A stretch of DNA of 64,000 nucleotides from Myxococcales bacterium. GTDB taxonomy: Bacteria; Desulfobacterota; Binatia; HRBIN30. The position numbers and the translations under genes were made by a program. The notes beneath the pieces were generated by a model. That model made no database searches. It was not told where the DNA came from and saw only the letters and a program-made list of their open reading frames with translations. Shown here in pieces: positions 48,829 to 59,026 of this stretch (position 1 is its first letter; every line of letters begins with the position of its first letter). The DNA is taken from the NCBI GenBank assembly GCA_037445065.1, contig JBBILD010000015.1, positions 27,575-91,574 of the forward strand. Reading direction: 5' to 3'.

Positions 48829-50505
48829 ATGGCGAGCGAGACGACGGGCAAACAACAGAGTTTCTGGAGTCGTTATGTGTTTTCCACCGATCACAAAGTG
48901 ATCGGCCTGCAGTACCTGTTTACCGGGATGTTCATGGCCTTGGTGGGCGGGTTTTTGGCGTACGTGTTCCGGATGCAGCTCGCCTTTCCGGGCATGAGTG
49001 TGCCGCTCTACGGCGTGGTGACTCCGAACGAGTACAATGCGCTGGTCACCAACCACGGCACGATCATGATCTTTTGGGTGGCGATGCCAGTGCTGATTGC
49101 CGGCCTCGGCAACTACTTGATCCCCTTGATGATTGGGTGCGACGACATGGTCTTCCCGCGGCTCAACCGCCTCTCCTACCAGATTTTCTTTTTGAGCACG
49201 GTGGTCATCTTGGTATCTTTGTTCGTTCCGGGCGGAGGCTTTGGCGGCGCATGGACCGCCTACCCACCTCTTTCAGCTAGCGCCCAGTACAACCACACGC
49301 CCTACGGTGCGCCTCTGTGGTTGATTGCGGTTGCGCTCGAGTTCGTGGCCTTCCTGCTAGGTGGAATCAACTTCATCACCACGGTGATGAACGCTCGCGC
49401 ACCCGGTATGACACCATGGCGCATCCCCATCTTTGTCTGGATGGTGGTCATTGCCTCGGTGGTGTTCATGGCCTCGGTGGGACCTCTCGTTGCGGGCGCG
49501 GTCATGCTGCTGTTCGACCAGTTACTGGGAACCCATTTTTACGACCCGAAGGCAGGAGGCGACCCGCTGCTGTGGCAGCATTTGTTCTGGTTTTTCGGTC
49601 ACCCGGAAGTCTACGTCGTGTTGCTGCCCGCACTGGGGGTGGTGGCTGAGGTGATCACGGTGTTCGCGCGTAAGAAGCTCTTTGCGTACAAAACGATCCT
49701 ATACACGAGCTTTGCCACCGGCATCATCAGCTTTTTCGTGTGGGCGCACCACCAGTTCGTAGCGGGAATTGACCCGCGAATGGCGCATTTGTTCACGATC
49801 ACCACGCTCATTATTTCGATTCCGATCGCGGAGATGACCTTTGCCTTCATCGCCACGCTGTACGGTGGCTCGATCGAGCTGCGCACGCCGATGCTGTGGG
49901 CGCTCGCGTTTATTGCCGAGTTCTTGATTGGTGGAGTGACGGGGATTTTCCTCGGCGCCAACGCAACGGACATTTACTTGCACGACTCGTACTTCGTAGT
50001 CGCCCACTTCCATTACACGTTCTTTCCGATCGCCATCATCGCCGCCTTTGCCGCGCTCACGTACTGGTTCCCGAAAATGTTCGGCCGCCACATGAACGAG
50101 ACCCTGGGTAAGATCCACTTCTGGGGGACGATCATCCCGTTCAATCTGATCTTCATCCCGTTGTTCGTGCTGGGCGCGGCGGGCCAGCACCGGCGCATTT
50201 ACAGTTACGAGCACTTCAGTCAGCTCTTCACCCCTGGTTTGCAGAGCCTGCGCGTGCTGGCGACCAGCGCGTTGGTGGTGATGTTGCTTGTCCAATTGGT
50301 GTTCCTCTACAACTTTTTCCGCAGCGTCTGGCGCGGTGAGAAGGCGGAAGAAAACCCGTGGAAGGCAAACACGCTCGAGTGGCTAGCCCCCTCGCCTCCG
50401 CCGCACGGAAACTTTGCCACCATGCCATCCGTGTACCGTGGGCCGTACGAGTATAGCGTCCCAGGCCGACCGCTCGATTTCTGGCCACAATACGCAGCGG
50501 ATTGA
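48829..50505 (+). CDS. coxA: Cytochrome c oxidase subunit I (type A1)
   Basis: TDHKVIG, HGTIM, WFFGHPEVY, WAHH, VAHFHY motifs. Confidence 0.96.
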   Translation: MASETTGKQQSFWSRYVFSTDHKVIGLQYLFTGMFMALVGGFLAYVFRMQLAFPGMSVPLYGVVTPNEYNALVTNHGTIMIFWVAMPVLIAGLGNYLIPLMIGCDDMVFPRLNRLSYQIFFLSTVVILVSLFVPGGGFGGAWTAYPPLSASAQYNHTPYGAPLWLIAVALEFVAFLLGGINFITTVMNARAPGMTPWRIPIFVWMVVIASVVFMASVGPLVAGAVMLLFDQLLGTHFYDPKAGGDPLLWQHLFWFFGHPEVYVVLLPALGVVAEVITVFARKKLFAYKTILYTSFATGIISFFVWAHHQFVAGIDPRMAHLFTITTLIISIPIAEMTFAFIATLYGGSIELRTPMLWALAFIAEFLIGGVTGIFLGANATDIYLHDSYFVVAHFHYTFFPIAIIAAFAALTYWFPKMFGRHMNETLGKIHFWGTIIPFNLIFIPLFVLGAAGQHRRIYSYEHFSQLFTPGLQSLRVLATSALVVMLLVQLVFLYNFFRSVWRGEKAEENPWKANTLEWLAPSPPPHGNFATMPSVYRGPYEYSVPGRPLDFWPQYAAD

Positions 50506-50515
50506 GGGTGAAGAG

Positions 50516-51106
50516 ATGGCAAGCGCGCACGAAGTCCAAGTTCCTCTGGCTACCCGCCGTAGTGCCACCGGCATTCCCACTGGGCGGCTCGCAGTGTGGT
50601 GGGTGCTGGCCTCCGAGATCGTCATTTTTGGCGGCTTACTGGCGAGCTACATCATGCTGCGTTTGCACCACCCACATTGGCACGAGGAAGCGGCGCACAC
50701 GAATGTGTGGGCAGGGGGGTTCAACACGTTCGTGCTGCTGACCTCGAGCCTGTTCGCGGTGCTCGGGCACCAAGCCGCTGAGGAGGAAGACGGGCCGCGG
50801 GCGGCGCGCTTCCTGCGGCTCACCGTGGGCGGGGGGCTCGTGTTCCTCATCGTCAAAGCCTTCGAGTGGACGAACGAGATCCAGCACGGCTTTACGATCT
50901 ATCGAGATCTGTTCTGGACGTACTACTACACCGCTACCGGCTTGCATGGCTTGCACGTGTTGGTGGGGATGATCGTGCTGTGGATTGTGGCGCGCGATGC
51001 CGCGTGCGGCAAACACCTGCACCGCGTCGAGCTGATCGGGATTTACTGGCACTTTGTGGATGCGGTGTGGATCTTCCTGTTCCCACTCTTTTACATCGCG
51101 AGGTAA
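50516..51106 (+). CDS. coxC: Cytochrome c oxidase subunit III
   Basis: ASEIVIFG, NTFVLLTSS, TGLHGLHV, YWHFVDAVW motifs. Confidence 0.92.
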   Translation: MASAHEVQVPLATRRSATGIPTGRLAVWWVLASEIVIFGGLLASYIMLRLHHPHWHEEAAHTNVWAGGFNTFVLLTSSLFAVLGHQAAEEEDGPRAARFLRLTVGGGLVFLIVKAFEWTNEIQHGFTIYRDLFWTYYYTATGLHGLHVLVGMIVLWIVARDAACGKHLHRVELIGIYWHFVDAVWIFLFPLFYIAR

Positions 51107-51108
51107 TC

Positions 51109-51465
51109 ATGAGCACCGAAGAACGTTCCGCACCGAGAGAGCACACGCCGCATCCGAACTACCTGGCCGTCTACGGTGTGTTGCTGTCGTTGTTCGCGAT
51201 CAGTGTTGCCGGTCCGCTGTGGGGTATGTGGTGGCTCACGCTGATCACCGCTTTTGGTGTGGCGGTGGTGAAGGCCACGATGGTGGCGGCCTACTTCATG
51301 CACCTCAATGTGGAGCGCCGCTACATCTGGTACGTGTTGCTGATCATGCTGGGGTTCATGCTGGTGCTCTTCGCTGGCGTAGCGCCGGATGTGCTTGCGC
51401 GCAGCGGACAGAACTGGCAACACCTGCGCGCAGTGCAGGACGCACATGGCGCAGCTCGACACTGA
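51109..51465 (+). CDS. Cytochrome c oxidase subunit IV family protein
   Basis: Three TM helices, KATMVAAYFMHL motif. Confidence 0.85.
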   Translation: MSTEERSAPREHTPHPNYLAVYGVLLSLFAISVAGPLWGMWWLTLITAFGVAVVKATMVAAYFMHLNVERRYIWYVLLIMLGFMLVLFAGVAPDVLARSGQNWQHLRAVQDAHGAARH

Positions 51466-52066
51466 TGCCCCAGCGACGGATCGGCAAGTAGTTTCCTCGG
51501 TGCCCGAGGTACGCATGCCGAATGCTGTCCTGGGCACCGTGTTGTTCATCGCCACCGAAGTCATGTTCTTTGCTGGCCTGATCAGTGCCTTTCTCGTCGT
51601 GAAGGCGCGGTACCTGAGCGGCTGGCCTCCACCGGGTCAGCCGCGCTTGCCGGTGGAGGTGACGTTCGCGAACACGCTCGTCCTTCTGGCCAGCGGATTC
51701 GTATTGTTGCATGCAGGACGCTTGGCGGAGGCTTCTGCCTCCTTTCCGCGCGCGCTGCGCCTCGGGCGTGTGGCGGCACTGCTGGGGGCCGTGTTCGTGC
51801 TTGTACAAGGAGTGGAATGGATCCGCTTGCTGCGGTACGGACTCACGATGCGCAGCGGCCCGTACGGCTCCTTCTTTTACCTGATTGTAGGCACGCACGC
51901 GCTGCACGCGGTTGCTGCGATTGCCGCGTTGCTGGCGGTGACGAGGCCGGTGGCGGCCAACCCGACCCGATCGTTAGCTCCGGCACGCTTCCGTGCCGCG
52001 CGCTATTTCTGGTACTTCGTCGTTCTGGTGTGGCCCGTGCTGTATGTGTTGGTGTATTTGAGCTGA
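51446..52066 (+). CDS. Second subunit III-like protein
   Basis: TEVMFFAGL, NTLVLLASG, GTHALH, FWYFVVLVWP; start at 51446 or 51515. Confidence 0.85.
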   Translation: MAQLDTDAPATDRQVVSSVPEVRMPNAVLGTVLFIATEVMFFAGLISAFLVVKARYLSGWPPPGQPRLPVEVTFANTLVLLASGFVLLHAGRLAEASASFPRALRLGRVAALLGAVFVLVQGVEWIRLLRYGLTMRSGPYGSFFYLIVGTHALHAVAAIAALLAVTRPVAANPTRSLAPARFRAARYFWYFVVLVWPVLYVLVYLS

Positions 52067-52079
52067 GGAGCCAGCACAG

Positions 52080-52421
52080 ATGAACAATCCGAAGCGTTCC
52101 GGCGTGAAGCACGGCGTAGGGTGCGCAAAGTCACCGGGCTGGCTGTCAGTCGTTGCGGCTGCGTTCTTGGCCAGCACACGTCCGCTGGCTGCCTGCCCGG
52201 TTTGCTTTGTCGCGGAGCAGCGAACCCTGAACGCTTATTTTGGTACCGCCGCTTTGCTCTCCGTGTTGCCTTTCTTGTTGTTCGGGATGATCGGCTTGCT
52301 GTACTGGCGGGAGCGGAGGCTGGCACGGCGCCGGGAAGTGGATCTCGTTGCGTCCGCTGGTTCGGGCAGCGGGTCCGCCACGATTCCTGCAGGAAGAAAT
52401 CCTGTGCAGAACCGTGGGTAG
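52080..52421 (+). CDS. Small membrane protein with CPVC motif at the end of the cox cluster
   Basis: GAGGAG RBS; signal-like segment, ACPVCF, one TM helix followed by basic residues. Confidence 0.6.
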   Translation: MNNPKRSGVKHGVGCAKSPGWLSVVAAAFLASTRPLAACPVCFVAEQRTLNAYFGTAALLSVLPFLLFGMIGLLYWRERRLARRREVDLVASAGSGSGSATIPAGRNPVQNRG

Positions 52422-52690
52422 TCCCGTCGGCCAACGCGCGACGCGAGGGTAGCCTTGGGTGGTTTCGCAGATGCGCGTTTGGCGGCTGGATTCGGACGCG
52501 CAATGGTACTCCGCGGCCGCGGTGCGGAAAACCGAAGTTTCGGAACAGAAGCGCCTTGCGCCTACCGCTGGAGCCGCCTCAGTCGCCAAGCCCACAGCGG
52601 TGTGCCAGTTGTGCTTGCTTGCAGACACCGTGATTCGTGGGCAAGCGCGCAGCCGGGCCGGCCTCCGGCCAAAGAGCCTGGCTGTTTCGC

Positions 52691-54976
52691 TTACGCGTCG
52701 GGAGTCGGTAGCTCGCGGTGCAGAGGGCAAGGCTCGGTGGGGGCGAGCCCGAGGTAGAAAGCTTCGATGAGAGTTTCCGGGCACTGAGGCGTGGCTAGCC
52801 CGCCCGAGGAGGGATCGATCGGGACCAACTGCACCTGCGGCGGAGGCTCGAACGCGAGCGCAGGTTGACCGGCGGTCGCTTCCTTCATGAAATCCACCCA
52901 GATGGGCAGGGCAGCCTGCGCGCCGGCGAGGCCGACCGGCTGATTGTCATCGAACCCGACCCAAACGACGGCCAGCAGGTTCGGCGTGTAGCCGGCAAAC
53001 CAGGCGTCGCGGTAATCGTTGGTCGTTCCCGTTTTCCCCGCAGCAGGAAGGCGAAATCCCAGCGATCGGGCTGCCCGCGCCGTACCGCGGTCGAGCACAC
53101 CAGCCAGCATGTGGGTGATGAGGAACGACGTGTCGGCGGGCAAAACCGCCTCCACTTCTACCTGGCGCCGCTCGAGAGGCACGCCGCTGCGATCGAGTAC
53201 CCGGCGCACGGCCAGCGGCTCGGCACGCACGCCGCCATTTGCGAAGGCGGCAAACACGCGCCCGATCTCGAACGGGGTCACTTCTGCCGCACCAAGCACG
53301 AGCGAGGGAACACCCGGTAGGGGTGACTCGATGCCCAAGGCCCGTGCCAGTTCGACGATCGGACCGAGGCCGGTTTGGTAGGCGAGGCGAGCCGTGGCGG
53401 CATTGAGCGACTGTTCGAGAGCTTCGCGGACCGTCACCGAGCCCAGGTAGCGGTTGCCGTAATTGACCGGGCTCCACAGCCGCCCGTCGAAAGGCCAGTC
53501 GAAAGGTTCGTCCATAACGGTGGTGGTGGCCTGCACGGGGGAGGGGTGCTGGCGGGTGCTCTCCAAAGCGGCCGCGTATACGATCGGTTTGAACAGCGAG
53601 CCCGGCTGACGTCGGGCCTGCGTGCAGCGGTTGAACTGGGAGACGCGGTAGTCGCGGCCCCCCACCATGGCGCGCACAAAGCCCGTTTGGGGCTCCACCG
53701 CGAACAGGCAGGCTTGCAGCCGCTCTTCCTCCTGGGGGCGTCTGAGGCGCGGGTAACGCTGTTCGAGTTGCTCGAGGCCGCGCTCGACAGCTCGCTCCGC
53801 CAGGCGCTGCAGGTGCGGGTCGAGAGTGGTGTAAATCCGCAACCCCTCGCTGGCCAACAGTTCCGCCGGATACAATTCCGCCAATTGTTTGCGGACGAAG
53901 TCAGCGAGAAACGGAGCGTCTTTCCCGCGCGGTTGCGGGGGCAAAACCACCAGCGGTTCTGCCACCGCCCGCTCGAAGACCTCGCGGTCAATGTGCCCTG
54001 CTTGCATCATGCGTTCGAGTACGAAGTCACGCCGCTTGCGCGCTCGCTCCGGATTGCGGAACGGTGAGTAGTACCCTGGCCCGCGAATCAGGCCTGCGAG
54101 CATGGCCATTTCCCCCAGGCTGAGCTGGTCGGGGGTCTTGCCGAAGTAGAACTGTGCGGCCTCGTACACGCCGTGGATTGCCTGCGCGCCGCGCTGACCC
54201 AAGTAGATTTCGTTCAGGTAGCTTTCGAGAATTTCCTGCTTCGAGAAGCGGCGCTCGACGATGATGGCCATGGCCGCTTCGTGCAGTTTGCGCCGCAGGC
54301 TGCGCTCGTCGTTGAGGAAAAAGTTTTTCATGAGCTGCTGGGTCAGCGTGCTGCCGCCTTGCACGACGCGGCCCGTGCGCAAGTTCACGTAAATCGCACG
54401 CAGGATGCCGTACCAGTCGATGCCGTGGTGCTCGAAGAACCGCTGGTCTTCAGTGTCGAGAATGGCGCGGACAAGCAGCGGGGGGACGTCATCGAGCGTG
54501 ACCAGTTTGCGGTCTTCCCATTCCCCTTCGTACACGCCGGTAAGCAGCGCCGGGTCCAGTTCCAAAGTGGGAAGGGAAGCCCCCGTACTCAGTTCGACGA
54601 TCTCTTCGATCGTGTTGCCGGCGAGTCGAATCTCCACGAGCTGGCCTTTTTCCTCAGCGGCGCTGGTGGGGCGCACAAACACGCGCCAGCGGTCGCCCGC
54701 GATCTCGTACGTGCCTGCCCGTTCCGGAACTCCTTGGGTCTGCTGGTAGCCGAGTTCGGCGAGTCGCTCCGCCAGCGCTGCGGCGCGCAGATCGAGCCCA
54801 GGGTAAAGCAAATAGGTGTCGCTGAAGATCTTCGATGCGAACCGCCAACGATGCGTGCGAAAGCGCTCGCTCACTTCCGCATCCCAGCGGCGGATCGTAT
54901 GCCAGGCAACCGCGCCGGCAACCGTGGTGGCGGTAGCAACGATCGCGAGCAGGGAGAGCAACAAACGTCGCCACAT
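52691..54976 (-). CDS. mrcB: Class A penicillin-binding protein (PBP1B-like)
   Basis: EDQRFFEHHG, GGSTLTQQL, UB2H-like segment, SLFK, SLN, KTGTT motifs. Confidence 0.92.
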   Translation of the reverse strand: MWRRLLLSLLAIVATATTVAGAVAWHTIRRWDAEVSERFRTHRWRFASKIFSDTYLLYPGLDLRAAALAERLAELGYQQTQGVPERAGTYEIAGDRWRVFVRPTSAAEEKGQLVEIRLAGNTIEEIVELSTGASLPTLELDPALLTGVYEGEWEDRKLVTLDDVPPLLVRAILDTEDQRFFEHHGIDWYGILRAIYVNLRTGRVVQGGSTLTQQLMKNFFLNDERSLRRKLHEAAMAIIVERRFSKQEILESYLNEIYLGQRGAQAIHGVYEAAQFYFGKTPDQLSLGEMAMLAGLIRGPGYYSPFRNPERARKRRDFVLERMMQAGHIDREVFERAVAEPLVVLPPQPRGKDAPFLADFVRKQLAELYPAELLASEGLRIYTTLDPHLQRLAERAVERGLEQLEQRYPRLRRPQEEERLQACLFAVEPQTGFVRAMVGGRDYRVSQFNRCTQARRQPGSLFKPIVYAAALESTRQHPSPVQATTTVMDEPFDWPFDGRLWSPVNYGNRYLGSVTVREALEQSLNAATARLAYQTGLGPIVELARALGIESPLPGVPSLVLGAAEVTPFEIGRVFAAFANGGVRAEPLAVRRVLDRSGVPLERRQVEVEAVLPADTSFLITHMLAGVLDRGTARAARSLGFRLPAAGKTGTTNDYRDAWFAGYTPNLLAVVWVGFDDNQPVGLAGAQAALPIWVDFMKEATAGQPALAFEPPPQVQLVPIDPSSGGLATPQCPETLIEAFYLGLAPTEPCPLHRELPTPDA

Positions 54977-54987
54977 CGCCCAAACAC

Positions 54988-55024
54988 AAAAGGCCGAGGC
55001 AAGCCGGTGCGGCAGCCTCGGCCT
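54988..55024 (-). terminator. Possible terminator hairpin after degQ
   Basis: AGGCCGAGGC/GCCTCGGCCT stem with a short U-run on the minus strand; 14-nt loop. Confidence 0.4.
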
Positions 55025-55044
55025 GGGTCTCGAGTTCGATGCCT

Positions 55045-56556
55045 CTAGGTTTCCCGCTTGACGGCGATGAAGATGGTGTTGTCCCCGCGCCGTACCAGCA
55101 GCAGAACGCTCTTCTTTTTGGCCGTCGCCTGCAGGGCTTTGCGGAACGAGGCGAGGTCTTTCACCGGCTCTCGGTTCACCTCCAGGATGACGTCGCCACG
55201 GCGAAGTCCAGCTTCGTCGGCCGGGCTGCCCGGCGTCACGCGTGAGACCACCACGCCTTTGAGGTCTCGGCTGAGGCCGAGGCTTTCCGCAATCTCGGGA
55301 GTGAGCGCCTGCGCGCTAATGCCAATGTCCTCTTCTGCGGAACTTTGGCGCTGCGGTTCCTCGACTTCCTCGTCTTTGAGTTCCCCAACTTGGATGGTGA
55401 GCGTGGTGGTTGAACCACCCCGCCATACCTTCACCTTCACTTCTTTGCCCACGGGCGTGCGCGCCACCAGCAGCGGAAGTTCCGTGGAGTCTTTGACGGT
55501 ATGGCCATCGAACTCCATGATGACATCCCCGACCTTGACACCGCCGCGGGCGGCGGGGCTGTTGTCCTCGACGCTCGCCACCAAGGCCCCTTCCGCCTTG
55601 GGCAAGTTGAGGGATTCGGCGATCTCCGGCGTGACTTTCTGGATCATCACGCCGAGCCAGCCACGGGTCACTTTGCCCTTGGCTTCCAGTTCGGGCAGCA
55701 ACTCCTTGGCAAGGTTGATCGGAATGGCAAACCCAATTCCGATGTTGCCACCCGTGCGGCTGAAAATCGCGGTGTTGATCCCGACCACTTCGCCGCGCAG
55801 GTTGATGAGCGGACCGCCTGAGTTGCCGGGATTGATGGCGGCGTCCGTTTGGATGAACTGATCGTAACTGCCGGTTCCAAGGTAGCGCCCCTTGGCAGAA
55901 ACGATTCCAGCGGTAACCGTGTGCTCCAAGCCGAAGGGGTTCCCGATCGCCATCACCCATTCGCCCACTTTGAGCTGGTCCGAGTCCCCTAGGGTGACCA
56001 CCGACAGATTCGGCGCCTCGTCAATTTTAATGACGGCAATGTCGGTCTTCGGATCGCGCCCGATCAGCCGAGCCTTGAACTCGCGTTCGTCGGCTAGGCG
56101 GACCGTGATTTGATCCGCTTTCTCCACCACGTGGTTGTTGGTCAGAATGTACCCGTCTTGGTTGATAAAAAACCCTGAGCCCAGGCTGCGCTGCCGTTGC
56201 GGGCGGCGGAAAAAACGCTCGAACGGCTCCATGAACTCCGGCGGTAACGGCCCAAACGGGCCCGGAAAGCCAGGCATTTCCTGCACAGCGGCAGTGGAAG
56301 AGGTGGCGATGTTTACGACCGCGGGACTCAGCCGTTCCGCGAGCTCTGCGAAATCGGGCAGACAGGGGGTCGCCGCGGCGCCGGGCTCGGCGCTGTGAAA
56401 CACCGGCGCCCGACTGCCGGACGCGGTCGGGGTCGGAGTCGGACTCTCGCCCCAAAAGCTGATTGCGAGTGCCGTGCCCGAAGCCAGCACGAAAAGCATC
56501 GCTGCAAGGACGCGTCCGGCGCTAGCGGCGCGAACGCGGCAAACTCTTCTCTGCAT
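55045..56556 (-). CDS. degQ: DegP/DegQ (HtrA) serine protease with two PDZ domains
   Basis: GSGF, TNNHVV, TDIAV, QTDAAINPGNSGGPL; two PDZ domains; start approximate. Confidence 0.93.
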   Translation of the reverse strand: MQRRVCRVRAASAGRVLAAMLFVLASGTALAISFWGESPTPTPTASGSRAPVFHSAEPGAAATPCLPDFAELAERLSPAVVNIATSSTAAVQEMPGFPGPFGPLPPEFMEPFERFFRRPQRQRSLGSGFFINQDGYILTNNHVVEKADQITVRLADEREFKARLIGRDPKTDIAVIKIDEAPNLSVVTLGDSDQLKVGEWVMAIGNPFGLEHTVTAGIVSAKGRYLGTGSYDQFIQTDAAINPGNSGGPLINLRGEVVGINTAIFSRTGGNIGIGFAIPINLAKELLPELEAKGKVTRGWLGVMIQKVTPEIAESLNLPKAEGALVASVEDNSPAARGGVKVGDVIMEFDGHTVKDSTELPLLVARTPVGKEVKVKVWRGGSTTTLTIQVGELKDEEVEEPQRQSSAEEDIGISAQALTPEIAESLGLSRDLKGVVVSRVTPGSPADEAGLRRGDVILEVNREPVKDLASFRKALQATAKKKSVLLLVRRGDNTIFIAVKRET

Positions 56557-56621
56557 TCCTGTCGGTCCTTTCGAAGCTCGATCTCGATCGCGATTGGTGA
56601 GAGACCGTCGCCAGCCTCGAT

Positions 56622-57038
56622 TCACTGGCGGGCCTTCTCCGCGTAACGCAAGCGAAGGTCGAAGAGTAGGCGGCGCAAAAGCTCGGCCTCATCTGCATCC
56701 AGATTTCCGCGTGTTTTTTGCTCCAACATACCCAAGATGTCGATCGTTTGTTGGGCCGAGACCAGATCCGTGCGTACCTCGCGGCTCAACGGATCGGGAA
56801 TTTCCCCGAGCTGTACGAGCGCTTGCGTTCCTAAGCTGATGACGAACGTCGAGAAGGAGATTTCCGGCTCCGGCGGTGGAGCGCTCATGCGGAACTGCTC
56901 GGAGGCTGTCTGCCCGCCGCCTCGCTCCGCGTGCTGCTCCTCCGCGCCCGAGCGGGGTTCCCCGCTGCTTGTAAAGCGCCGGCGATCCTCGACTTTGAAT
57001 CCGCGCTCCTCCGCCTGTGGATCGCGTTCCTGCGACAC
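56622..57038 (-). CDS. DUF1844 domain protein
   Basis: FKVEDRRRF, ISF.TF..SL, LGEIPDP, IDILGMLEQKTRGNL motifs. Confidence 0.85.
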   Translation of the reverse strand: MSQERDPQAEERGFKVEDRRRFTSSGEPRSGAEEQHAERGGGQTASEQFRMSAPPPEPEISFSTFVISLGTQALVQLGEIPDPLSREVRTDLVSAQQTIDILGMLEQKTRGNLDADEAELLRRLLFDLRLRYAEKARQ

Positions 57039-57066
57039 GGTTCTCGCTCTCCCCGAGACGCAGACT

Positions 57067-57921
57067 TTACGCACGCCAGGCGCCCGAACGCAAGCGCCGG
57101 ATCCGCTCCTCGATCGGCGGGTGGGTGCTGAACAGGCGCGCAAACGCCTCCCCCGAGAGCGGGTTCACGATGAACATGTGGGCGGTTTGCGGGCTTGCCT
57201 CCAGTGGGAGCCGCAATGAGGCAGCGTGTAGCTTCTCGAGAGCGCGGGCCAGTGGCTCTCCTGTACCGAGGATCCGCGCCGCGGTGGCGTCCGCCTCGAA
57301 CTCGCGCGAACGCGAAATGGCGAACTGGATCAGCATGGCAGCAATGGGCGCCAAAATGGAAAGCGCCAGCAACATAACGAGCCCACCCGCATGCTCGCGG
57401 TCTTCCGAACGGCTGCCTCCGAAAATGGCGCCCCACCGCAGCATATCGGCCAGCATCATCAGCGCACCCGCTAGGGTGGCCGCGATCGAGCTGATCAGGA
57501 TGTCCCGATTGCGCACGTGGCTGAGCTCGTGTGCAAGCACGCCTTCGAGTTCCTCCAGTGTCATCAACCGCAGGATCCCATCCGTGACTGCGACCGCCGC
57601 GTTTTGCGGGTTGCGGCCGGTGGCGAAGGCGTTCGCCGCCGGCGAAGGGATCACGTAAAGCTTCGGCATGGGAATCCCCGCCTTCATGGCGAGGTTGTGC
57701 ACCATGCCGTAGAGCTCCGGATAGTCCTTCTCCTGGATGGGGCGCGCGCCGTACATCGCGAGCACGATCTTGTCGGAAAACCAGTACGCGCCGAAGTTCA
57801 TCAGCACTGCAAACACGAATGCGATCACCATCCCGTGCGAGCCGCCCAGAAACTGCCCGAGCCACAGGAATAACCCCGTCAAGAGACCCAGCAGTAGCGT
57901 GGTCTTGATTGTGTTCGACAT
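57067..57921 (-). CDS. htpX: Zinc metalloprotease HtpX
   Basis: [25 protein letters not shown] (HExxH), [15 protein letters not shown] motifs. Confidence 0.95.
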   Translation of the reverse strand: MSNTIKTTLLLGLLTGLFLWLGQFLGGSHGMVIAFVFAVLMNFGAYWFSDKIVLAMYGARPIQEKDYPELYGMVHNLAMKAGIPMPKLYVIPSPAANAFATGRNPQNAAVAVTDGILRLMTLEELEGVLAHELSHVRNRDILISSIAATLAGALMMLADMLRWGAIFGGSRSEDREHAGGLVMLLALSILAPIAAMLIQFAISRSREFEADATAARILGTGEPLARALEKLHAASLRLPLEASPQTAHMFIVNPLSGEAFARLFSTHPPIEERIRRLRSGAWRA

Positions 57922-58351
57922 CGTTTGTTCCTCCTTCCCGATCCTGCCGCGCCCTACTCGACGCTCGAGGTCGGCGCGGCATTCACCAATGTTTGCACGC
58001 CCTTCTGCGAACGCAAGCCGCGACTCCGCGCCGTGACTCAGCCGCATCGCTAGTGCGGCGAGAATCTCCGTGGGCGCAAGTGCCTCCATCCTGCGACGGG
58101 TCAGCGGCGAGCGGCCAGAGACGAGCGGCGATTTTGGGATGGCGACTGGGTGTGGTGTGCTGATTGGTGGGGTAAGCCGACGTACACCGCGATCGAGGGC
58201 ACAACCCAGGCTCCGGGACGGTTAGGGTGGTCCTTGTGGGGGTAGGCGGTGTCAGGGGACGCTATTGCGAACGTACACGCGGCGTCTGCGGCGTGGTAGG
58301 CTTAGTCGCGGTGGCGCGTGGCCCGATTGGGGCATTGGGTTCGATCTGGAA

Positions 58352-58657
58352 CACGGGCAGGCACGAGGCCTGCCTCCACGTTTCCTTGTCAACGTTGTGC
58401 AGCCCCAGCCGCACCGATGCCCCCGGCCGCGATGTCGGGGCGGCCCTCGTGGCGGCCCCGGTGCCCTCCCCACGCTGCCGCCTAGGAGCGTTCCGTGATC
58501 GACGCTCCGTGGACCCCACGTTGCGGGCATACCCCGCGCGGATCCCTCCGTAGCCCCGATCCCATTGCTGTGTAGGGGTGGCCCTTATGGCCGCCCGTGG
58601 TGCGATTGGGCATTGGTGGCTTCTCCACGCACGGGCAGGCACAGGGCCTGCCGCTAC
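58352..58657. repeat. GTAG-type REP/REPIN cluster 2
   Basis: Right half 58352-58379, degenerate left half at 58434, inverted pair 58572-58657; same consensus as cluster 1. Confidence 0.78.
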
Positions 58658-59026
58658 AACGCCTTCGCGGCGGAAGGTTACCGCACGCCCCAGAGCGGCC
58701 GTCCCGGCGAATTGTCCGCGCCGCCCGTGTTCCCACCGCCACCCTGTTGCCTCACGTCCACGTTGTCCCCACCACCCCGGCAACGCTGAAAGCGTTGCGG
58801 CAATACAGCCTCGGGTTGGCGCGCAGCGCCTATCCCCAGGAAACCGCGGGCGGCCCCGAAATTCCGCGCCACAACGCTGTAGGAGTTGCGGCGTGCGGCC
58901 TGTGATCTCCGATGTGCTCGCGCAACCCTGAGACTTACAATGGGCTGCGGTGCATGACGCGTGGCAGGCCGTGCAACCCGTAGTCGCGTGCGCGCTTTTC
59001 CCTCGCCGTGCTAAGCGCCTGGGGCC

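Noticed and set aside
57922..59026. ORFs such as 58262-59476 in the htpX-dehydratase gap
   Set aside because: They run through REP copies, lack an RBS and have Arg/Gly/Ala-biased composition typical of GC-rich non-coding frames.
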